Below the pieces are notes generated by a model. The model saw nothing but the letters and a program-made list of their open reading frames with translations. It was not told the DNA's origin and searched no databases. Position numbers and translations under genes: made by a program. From Bugula neritina (Eukaryota; Animalia; Bryozoa), in the NCBI GenBank assembly GCA_964035545.1, contig CAXIUT010000232.1:1-20186 (forward strand): 20,186 bases of DNA, given 5' to 3'. Every line of letters begins with the position of its first letter. Position 1 is the stretch's first letter. Positions 1 to 9,740 of the stretch are shown one piece after another.

Positions 1-82
1 CCCAACCCCAACCCCAACCCCAACCCCAACCCCAACCCCAACCCCAACCCCAACCCCAACCCCAACCCCAACCCCAACCCCA
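1..82 (+). repeat. Left telomere, (CCCCAA)n
   Basis: Perfect tandem CCCCAA from base 1 to about 82, then unique AT-rich DNA. C4A2 is a known ciliate macronuclear telomere repeat (e.g. Tetrahymena). Confidence 0.99.
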
Positions 83-146
83 TTGGATAATCAAAATAAA
101 TAAATAATATCTAATAGATAGTAAATCTTTACGTGTGAATAACATT

Positions 147-2534
147 ATGAATAGACTACAACTAAAAGCCCTCATCTTATGTCTGATGTTGGTCTGTAAT
201 ACGATCGCATAGACCGAAGGAGCCACTCAGCAAGACAACACTTACTACTTCAACGCTGAAGTCACAAGGTATTCCCATTCTTATTTAGATTGATGGATAT
301 TTTGATCAACTCTCTCTACTCACAAAAATAGGTCTTTCTTAGATAAGTTATCTCCAATGCATCAGATGCACTGGATAAAATAAGACTTCTGTCTCTTAGT
401 GATCCAGAATTGTTGGGGGATACTAAAGATTTTGAGATCAGAATCGATATCAATGAAGAATAGAAATATATCCAGTTCAGAGATACTGGTATCGGCATGA
501 CTAGAGACGAGTTAGTTAAAAATTTAGGAACAATTGCTAACTCAGATACAACCAAATATATATAACCTTTGAAGGAAGGTAAAATAAACTTGATCGGTCA
601 ATTCGGAGTGGGTTTTTACTCAACTTTCCTTGTAGGAAAAAAGGTGGTAGTAATTTCAAAATCTAATAATGATGATCAACATATCTGGACTTCATAGAGT
701 GCTGCTTCATTTACAGTTGAATAAGATCCAGCTGGAAATACTCTTGGTCGAGGAACTATCGTTAGAATATATCTTAAAGAAGATGCCTTGTAGTTTTTAA
801 ATAGAAAAAAAGTCTCTAAACTAGTGAAGAGATATTCAGAATTTATCGATTTCCCCATTTACATGCATGAATAGAAATAAATAGAAGAAGAAGTTGCAAC
901 TGAATAATAACCCAAAGAATAAAAATCTGATGATTTGTAGGTCAAGTAAAAGACCTAATAGAAATAAAAAATAAAAAGAAAAGTCTGGGAATGGTAAAGA
1001 ATCAACAATAATAAAGCTCTTTGGTTGAGAGATAAGGATGATATCTACGACTAAGATTACATTGATTTTTACAAAAGTATCAGCAAACAATCAAATCCTC
1101 CAATGAACTGGGTTCATTTCAATACTGAAGGATAAATCACTTTTACTTCTATTTTGTATATTCCTAACAGAATTCCCTATGATTTCTACAATAACTACAA
1201 CTCTAGAAAAAATTAACTCAAACTTTATACTCGAAGAGTTTTGCTTGCAGAACAAAATACTGATTTGATCCCTAAATATCTCTCATTTGTGATGGGTGTT
1301 GTTGATTCTAACGATCTCAACGTCAATGTGGCCAGATAGACATTGCAAAATAGCAAAACATTCAAAATTATCAATCAAAGATTAACTAAAAAAGTACTTG
1401 ATATGATTGGATAAGTAGCTAACTACGATTAAATTACAGATGATTAAATAGAAGGATAACTCTAAGAAGATTCTGAAGAATTGGCTCTCATGGAATAACA
1501 AGAATTATAAAAACTTAAAGAAGAAACTAAATAGCAAATGCTTAAAGATAGAAAATAAAGATATGATAGCTTCTACTCAGAATACGGCAAAACATTAAAA
1601 CTTGGTATTCTCTAAGATAAAACCAATAGAAACAAACTAGCCTCACTATCAAGATGGTTTACCACCAGAGATCCTAATGGAAAAACCTCTCTAGATGACT
1701 ATATTAAAAAAATGAAATCGGTTCAAGATCAAATCTACTTCTTTAGCGGATAAGATAAAGCTGTCCTTGAAAAGTCACCTTTAGTTGTCGGACTTGTCAG
1801 AAAAGGATATGAAGTTTTACTTTGCGATGATCCTATCGATTAGTATGTCTTCAACGTTCTCAGATAGTATGAAGGAAAGGTATTTTATCAATTATTTAGA
1901 ATATTGTGAATGTTGGCAAAGGAGATTTCAAGATGCCTGATGATGGAGAAAGAGAACGCAAAGTTCAAAAGTTTTTAGGCAAAAAGTATGAACCCTATGT
2001 TTAATTTGCCAAGAAAATTCTCTTTGAAAAGGTAAATAACGTAATCATTTCAAATCGATTGACTAACGAACCTTGTGTAGTTGTTGCTGACACCTATGGT
2101 CATAGTGCTTTCATGGATAAAATTCAAAAAGCTCAAGTCTTTTCAGGAAATATGAATGAAAACCCTGTCTCAGATTTCAAAAAAATACTAGAAATCAATC
2201 CTCATCATCGAGTCAACCAAATCATTCTCTAAAAATTACAAGTAAATTATTTTTTATTTAGGATAATTCAGCAAATGATTAAACTTAAGAACTAATAGAA
2301 CTACTTTACGAAACAGCAGCTTTCCATTCAGGCTTTTCAGCAAGAGATCCCAACTAATTCGTTAAAAGATTTTATCAAATTTATTCGAAAGCTATGGGAG
2401 TCATCAGCATGGAAAGAAAAGAGCTCTAAGTATAGGACGTATCTCTTGGAGAAGAAGATTACTAAGGTGAAGCACAGGATATCTTGCGAATTAATCCATC
2501 AGATATAAAGGTCGACAAGAACTAAGAAGAATGA
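147..2534 (+). CDS. HSP90B1: ER-type Hsp90 (GRP94/endoplasmin-like), 775 aa, TAA/TAG=Glu
   Basis: ATG 147, TGA 2532-2534. Three 20-nt GT-AG introns (269-288, 1880-1899, 2242-2261) restore frame; spliced length is 2328 nt. N-terminal signal-peptide-like [21 protein letters not shown]. Hsp90 motifs [84 protein letters not shown]. Signal peptide, LGRGT and lack of MEEVD point to the ER paralogue. Confidence 0.95.
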
Positions 2535-2610
2535 TATATGGAATCATATAAATAACAAATTGACTAGTTTCTACTTAATTTCAATAATTCATATAATATA
2601 AGTTTCATTA

Positions 2611-3997
2611 ATGTCATTAGCATCAGTGGCATATCGTTCGGTCTAAAGTATAGTTGAAAATTGGACAAGTAAATATCAATACCATATCTCTCTCGTTGAT
2701 TCCAAACCTAACAATGTTAAGTAAGTCGATGATAATATAGATTTATGGTTGAATTCAGTTTGCCACAAGCACAAAAACCTGTGCCAATTGCTACTATTCG
2801 TGTCTACTTTACCTGTACGTCATAAGATCAACTTAACATTACTTTCAGATTTTAGAAAGATTCACTCATTCATAGTCCTAATAAAACTATCAGAAAAAAA
2901 GAAATATAAGTATTGCTATCAATATCTAGAAATGGATTGATGATTCTCTTCAGAAGAAGTTGTTGGTTCGTGAGACAGTGTTTTATTTGGGAACAGCTTA
3001 TGAAAGTACAAGAGTTAAAGATTAAAGACAAGATAATATATTGAGAGAATAAATAAAACCAAAATAAGTTGAATTTGTATGGATTCATCCGGATTTATTG
3101 GCTGATCAGCAAAGAGCTATATAGATAATGTAAAAACCTAAAGATTATGAATAGGTAGTTAAAAACAAACTTCTAAAAAGTTTTAGAGATTTAGATAAGT
3201 AAAATATAGGCGTTATTACTCATCAATAATTTTTAAATCTTATCAAAAATATAGGAGTTAAGTTAACGCCTACAGAATAAAAAGAGTTTTTGAAAAGAGC
3301 TGATCCTTAATAATCAGGTATGGTTGAATTTGAGCATTACGTTCAGGTATCTAAGTAATTTTTCTAAGGTTTATAATCAAAAAGAGAAACTGATATCAAG
3401 TTATAATCGAACTATTAAGAAGAAGTGTTCAGTAGTATATTAATGTTGATAAATGATTAATCTCAAGATATCCAGGACATAATAATATAAAAATTGAGAT
3501 AAAAAGATGTAGATGAGACAGGATTGACTACAATATCTGATGTGAAGACTTGTCTTTAATAGATAAACAAACAATTCAAATAATAAAACAAGCCAGAACC
3601 TCTTACAGTCTTATAAATGACTGATGTTACTAAAGATATCACTGATGCTCATGGATATAAATAAATACCATATTAAAAAATACATAAATTCATTATAAAT
3701 TATAAAATTAAACAACTATCTACTGGAAGAACCAACTCGAGAATCAATAATTTAGAAGTTCATCTGCAGGAGCTCTTTTCTAAGGGTGATTAGAAAAAGA
3801 ATGGAAAAATCAAACTTGATACCCTTGAGGAAGTGTTGAAGAAATCAGATAAAATAAAGTTGACAAGAGCACAACTATATCTTTTGAAGAGTTTGCTTTT
3901 GGCAGATGTTAAAGGTGAAGTTAGCTATGTTGATAATTCAAAGTTTTTGGCTTAACTTATCAAAAGACTATATCTCAATAGTTCCAAAAAGAAATGA
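2611..3997 (+). CDS. AKAP28 (AKAP14-like) domain + multiple EF-hand protein, 448 aa, probably ciliary
   Basis: ATG 2611, TGA 3995-3997. 20-nt introns 2721-2740 and 2910-2929; spliced 1347 nt. N-terminal FSLPQAQKPVPIATIRVYF...FRFEKDSLIH...EKWIDD resembles the AKAP28 family pattern (SIP..RKPIP.ATA.VYF...FE...L.H...EKWL) as I recall it. EF-hand pair DKENIGVITHQE / DPEESGMVEFEH, plus degenerate hands DVDETGLTTISD and DEKKNGKIKLDT. Confidence 0.75.
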
Positions 3998-4068
3998 TCA
4001 ATCATTATCATATAATTTAAAAATAAAATGAATTAGATAGTATAAAATATTGATATTGACTGTCTGAA

Positions 4069-5250
4069 TCATTCTGTATGGTCCATCAATTCTACAGCAT
4101 CTTGCAGCAAATCATCATCAAAATCTTCATTGATATGTAGCAAAAAGTGCAAGGCAATCTCTTTAGGATCAAGAATTTTCTTGACATTGACTGTAAACTA
4201 ATCTACATCTCCGTTTTCATACTAACTCTCTATCAAAGTAGCACTATCAAATCCAGGTACATAATACTTGGTACGATAAGTACATTGCCATTCATCATAA
4301 GCAATTATCTTCTCACTCTCGTTGTTTACGTAGTACACAGGACTGGTTTAAACTTTTCCTTATAAGAAATAAAAAGTTCTAAACATAGAAATCGGACCCA
4401 AGTACATATAGTCAATCTGATAGTCATTGTACTTCTCAGCAAATGAATATTTGGTCTCTCTGATAGTAGATGTATTTAGATCAACAACAAAGTTGTTATT
4501 GACGACTCCTTCTTTGTTAAATGCTCGATTTTCAGTTTTATTGGAGACACAGACCATGCAAAATGAATCACGTTTATTTTACCATAAACTGGTAATAGCC
4601 ATTTCTACTTTGTTCATGTTGTAGGGTTATCCAATAGTATTTTTTATTTTGTGGTGATTGTAAGTTCCTTTGGGACTATCACGTAAATCAAAAGTTTTGA
4701 ATTATATTTCTTAATCATTTCTTGGTTTAAACCAAGCTATCATTGAATGATTATTCACTTTCCTTGATATGTATTCATGAGTCCACTGGTTTTCAATTGA
4801 TTCGTAGTGTCCTACAGGTTTGCAGTCGACGATTGGGTAATGATAATAAGTAAGAATAAATCTGTTGTCGTTGTATTGTCCTGATTCTTTCACACATAGT
4901 AGTCTGGTGTCATAGAATGTTTAGATATCGGATTGATCAGATTCTTAATGGGCAAACTGATGGTCGATATATGTGAATTTATGAGTCTAGAGATCAAGAA
5001 TGCTGATTCTGTTTTATCTTGGTTCTAATACAGCTACTTCCCTTTCTGAAAGCATTCCGAACGAATCAACACTCTTTTAAAATCCATGTTCAAAAATGAT
5101 TTTACCATTTTTATCACTATGAACGATAGATTCCTTGCCGACGCCTGGCATGCCCAGAAAGACGAAGGTTTCCTTTAGAGCAGTAGAGAGGAAAAGTATT
5201 TTGAGGTAGCGTTTGGCTAATTTGACTTGATACTTGCTCTTAAGAAGCAT
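4069..5250 (-). CDS. Hypothetical protein, 393 aa, beta-rich, intronless
   Basis: ATG 5250-5248 to TGA 4071-4069, 1182 nt with no internal TGA. Contains track ORFs 4711-4893 and 4360-4557 in one frame. No family recognised. Confidence 0.8.
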
Positions 5251-5425
5251 AAAATGAAAAAAGAATTGATATTATCAGTCTCTGATAATTTGGTTGATAT
5301 ATATAGCTTGATATAATTATGAATGATATAAAATGAACTAGTAAAAAATGTATTTTTATATTCATTGTAAATTTTTGTTGACATTTTAGTAGTTTATATT
5401 GGTATAATCAATAATAAAAATAGCA

Positions 5426-6062
5426 ATGGATAAACCTAAGGTCCCTCCCTTATACCCGAACCTTAGATATGATCAACTAGGAACCACTTTCCATCGCTCT
5501 ACTTCTAAATAGGTTAGATATTCCTGTCATGATCTACGTTTTTCCATCTCTAACTCCAAACCTCAACCTTCTAAACCTTGTCTCAGTCCCATCGCTTCTT
5601 AGCTGAAAAATCCATAATAAAAATTTGCTAAAACTCATTATCCCTCCTCAGATTTAGTAGAAGCACATTCTTCAACTTTTTATCCGAGAAAAACAAGATA
5701 CAAACCGATATATTAACCATCACAAAAGATATCACGTTCTTAAGAAATGGATTATATTCGTAATGGTTTTCCTCTAAGAAAGAAAAAAAACAGGAGAGCA
5801 GCAATTTCTTAAATTATTGCTTAAATTATCAGATTCATCTAGTCCTCAAAATAGGAAAAGTCCAGAATCAATAAAACCTACTTTATTTGATGAAAAAACA
5901 TTAAAATAAAAGTAGAAGTAGAAGGGACCAAAGTTAAAAGCAAGGACTACTTTAAATTGGGTGAAAAAGAGATATTGTGTGAATAGAGATAAATAGATGG
6001 GTTATTTTCTCAATAGCATGAACTCTACTCAATAGTTCTAATAAAGAAAAACCCCATTTTGA
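5426..6062 (+). CDS. Hypothetical basic, low-complexity protein (about 205-211 aa) with an unresolved +1 frame change near 5760-5790
   Basis: The ATG 5426 frame (MDKPKVPPLYPNLRY...) stops at about 5890. The +1 frame (...LSDSSSPQNRKSPESIKPTLFDEK...RKTPF) runs to TGA 6060-6062, 50 nt before the next ATG. The join needs an atypical 19-nt intron (5760-5778), a one-base error in the A8 run (5783-5790), or a frameshift. Confidence 0.55.
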
Positions 6063-6112
6063 TTTATAATTCTATTTGGATTCAACTAAATATCAAAATA
6101 ATTATAACATCG

Positions 6113-6906
6113 ATGAATAGTTTCAACGAATGCATAATCCTTAATGTAGTTCTTATATAAAATTGGAAAACCACTGCTCCACCATTCTTTACTCTCAACT
6201 TTATGAGTACTGCTTTTCTTCTTATTCTGTCGAAAAAGTTAAAGACTTAGCTCAATGATCATCTTCTTATATTTGAGAAAGCTCCACTTAAAATAACTTA
6301 TGATCCTGAAGATAAAGAAGTAAAGATGGTTAGATATAGATTTTATTGAAGATGTGGGAAGGATAGTATAGATAACAAGGATAATCAGCTATGCTATTCG
6401 CAATTGATTTATAGTTATTAGGGAAGAAAGGAGTACAATATCTTCCTCTGGGAGATAAAGATAGTGTTCTTAAGATCACTTCTAAGCCTTATTCTTAAGA
6501 GGAAAATAAAAGTGTCAAGAATGATAAAAAGGAAGGTAAAAGTGTTGATTTTGTAAGTTAGAGACAACAATTTTTAAATAAATTTAAAACAGCAGATAAT
6601 TACAAAAACAAAAAAGTTCAAAAAGATTTTACCCAAAAAATATATGAACTATTAGTATAATCTAAATAGTTAAGAAAAAATGTATTGTATAGAGTAAGAG
6701 AAGAGCCAGAAATAATAAATAACGAATAAAATATGAAAGAAGATAAACAATAAACATAAATTAATAAAAAATAATAGAATTCTAATCAGAATAACAATAA
6801 TGAAGATTTTACCAAAATGAATACTTTTAATATCAATAATTTAGTAACAAAAAACAAATTATCCCTTCAAGATCTCCAAATCATATAAAAAACTTATAAA
6901 ATCTGA
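6113..6906 (+). CDS. Hypothetical protein, 257 aa; possible N-terminal C2-like beta-sandwich, N/K/E-rich tail
   Basis: ATG 6113, TGA 6904-6906, one 20-nt intron 6320-6339; spliced 774 nt. The C2-like call is only an impression from the strand pattern. Confidence 0.7.
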
Positions 6907-7002
6907 ATATTAACTTTATTTGATACTATTACTATCTAATGATATATTTTATGATATAAAACAATAGAATCTAAATATTTAATATAACCAAATATAACAA
7001 CC

Positions 7003-9653
7003 ATGGACATCAGCTAGTAGAAATACAAAAAAATTATTAATGACTATCGACCTCTCTTCGCTAATCTTCTCAGTTAAAATCCGATCAACCCCACCAAACG
7101 CCACACTGACAAACAAAATAGAAACCTCAAATACATCCTCACCAAATCTGTACTATCAGATAACTATCCATACTACAGTCCCGTCCTTCAGTAGGCTCTA
7201 GAATAGATAAAATCTTCTTTGACTGATAGTAGTCCCTAAACAAAAGCATTGGGTTTGCGATTGATACGCGTTTTACCTCTTCTTTTGCGGATAAAGTTGA
7301 TAGAAATGTGCTAAAATGTATCTTTTATTCTAAATAGTAAATAGTCAATGTGGTGGTCAGTCGGTAGAAATAAATCAATGGTTTTGGATATTAGACTGCA
7401 GCTGATCTAACAGAATTACTCATGTCGGTGTACTAACTTACAAATCAAAGCTAAGATATCTATTTCGATGTCAATCAAAGAATATTAACCATCTTTTCTA
7501 GATATTTTTAGTATGCCTTTCAAGGAGATAAAAGTGTATTGAGAAATGGATGTGAGGTTTTGAGGAATATATTTTGTTATTTGGGATATAGAATCAGCAG
7601 AAAAGATTATCTATAAAATAAATTGGTTATCAAAATTATGCATATCTTTTTGCCTCATTCGCTGATCAATAAACAAGATGTGGCTAATCAATCTATAAGC
7701 AATTTCGATAGAAAAAAAAATAACAAGAAGTTGTTCAGCATTATTATTCAATTAAGATAACTTGAAGGAAGAATAAAAGTAAGAACTCTTTATGGTTTTT
7801 GCTGTCTAGTAAGTTATCTTCCTGATCCTGATTGTGAACTTCTTTAGCTTCTGGGTAAATAAATTTTATAAGTGATGTAAAATATATCAGAATGTGATGT
7901 TCTTTTGGATTGTTTCAGTTGTCTTTTGGTTCTAGTATTCCAGTAACAACCTTATCACATTCGTAATATTCTTATCAAAAGATGGGTCTTCCTTTTTGAA
8001 TAAATTTCTTTCAAAAAATAATATCTAGAATACTATATATCTTTGCTTTAGGTGTGCGGGTAAAGCAGCTATTAGATTCCAAATCGAGTGGCATATAAGT
8101 TAGCCATGCTATGTTTATAGATAACTAAACATTTGCAACAACAATATAGTAGGTTTCTTATTTACAACAAAGCCTGTAAAATAATATTGAAAATCAGTCG
8201 TAATTCATGCCGCAATAATCCTAGCAACAATCTCTTACTAACTATCTTCCAATATGATTGGTTCATAGATAGAATAAACCAAGACAACGATCTCTTCAAA
8301 TCTGAGTTTCTGATTGCTCTTCTTCACCATGCAGTTAGCAATCCTCTTCCCCCAACTTCTAATCATCTTTTAGATATTCTTGATATCGCGCATAGACTTA
8401 TCGATTGGAAATGCACCAGTAAAGAGTAGACTCATATACCTACTCTTAAATTTGCATTTGACATGTATTTGATTACACTTGGTTGGGCATGTAACATCCT
8501 CTCCAAAAGTCCAACTGAAGGTACTGGCCTTTAAGGTGTTGTTTCTGGATTGATCAATCGATGCAATGATCCCAGCATCTACTTCCTTTTCAAATTCAAG
8601 TTGATTAGTAGGTTACTAGAGATAGATTGGTACAAAGATAACTACAAGTATTTACAAGGTGCACAGTTAAATTTTCAATTTATCTAAGATGAAATTCAAG
8701 TGGTAATGATGCCTAAAAATCCAAAGCCTATATTTTCATATGAATACAGTTTGACATTTGACGGATAGATCTAATCCCGTAAATAGATATAATACATAAA
8801 AATAATAATAGATCTTCTGAATAAAATACCTAAAATCCATAGCAACTATGCCTAGCAAATCCAAAACATCATCATTGAATATCACAGATATCTCAACTAA
8901 ATATAAATCAGATAGGATGCCAATAAAGAACTTATCAACTGCTTGCAGACTCTAGAAGCAGATTATTATTTCAATTAGTCACAGAGTCATTTTCTTTTAG
9001 CTGCTCTTCCGACAGCTATGACTTCTAATCTGCATCATGAAACGAATTTGGAAGGAATATTGCTTCATTCTCCTAATTAGACTCTTGAATGCGAAGATGA
9101 TGTCAATATTTTTGGACCTATGTCGCCAGTGCAACTAACTATCAAATTGAATCCTCACTCGTCGTATTCGTCAGCTTATGTGCATATCAAGAAAAACCAA
9201 TGGGTGCAGACTCAAAATGAGTAGAAGTTGGTGATATCTTCAGGAATATAAAAGAAATAGATTCCCTTTTAGTCATCGATAATTGATATAAAGATCGATC
9301 GGATAGGAACTCTTCATTTTTAGATCTGGAAGGGAACAGAAAGCGATACTCTACTTGGTTCTGGTTCGTATCGTATTAAACGGCATTTGAAATGGTTGAA
9401 AGTCAACCATCTTAAAATAATAGATGGAATACATACGAAAGCTTACTTCAAATAAACATAATTATGCTAAAGATAATCTTATATATCTTGCTATTATGGA
9501 TAGCCTATTATGATACAGATACTTAAAAATGAGAACTAGGTTGTGGTGGGAGTTAACAATAAATAGATATGGAATTAGATTAGAGATTTTGTGCCTGCTA
9601 TGGTGCATTAGTTGTCCACTGGGGCGGCTGAGATAGTTGATTGTCTATCGTGA
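7003..9653 (+). CDS. Large alpha-solenoid (HEAT/ARM-like) protein with beta-rich C-terminus, 876 aa; possible adaptin/coat large-subunit family
   Basis: ATG 7003, TGA 9651-9653, one 20-nt intron 7318-7337; spliced 2631 nt with no internal TGA. HEAT-like ALEEIKSSLTDSSPETKALGLRLIRVLP, and the last ~200 aa are beta-rich. The gene model is solid; the family call is weak. Confidence 0.7.
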
Positions 9654-9740
9654 ATTCATATTATCTCATTATCATAAGTATTAATCATGATAATTAGGAT
9701 TTAATATCATTAATAAAAACTAATAATAATACAGATATTA

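Noticed and set aside
329-346. Standard ciliate code (TAR=Gln) or a split code (TAA=Lys, TAG=Glu)
   Set aside because: Both TAA (FLR-E, LGIL-E-D, AY-E-TL) and TAG (DPID-E-Y, R-E-TLQ) occupy Glu sites, and conserved Gln sites use CAR.
147-2534. Pseudogene interpretation of the many in-frame TAA/TAG codons
   Set aside because: They occur in all genes, fall at conserved Glu positions, and the frames are otherwise intact with no internal TGA.
5128-5170. Walker A-like FVFLGMPGVGKES in the 4069-5250 protein
   Set aside because: It has GKE rather than GK[ST], and I see no Walker B or alpha/beta NTPase pattern downstream; probably coincidental.
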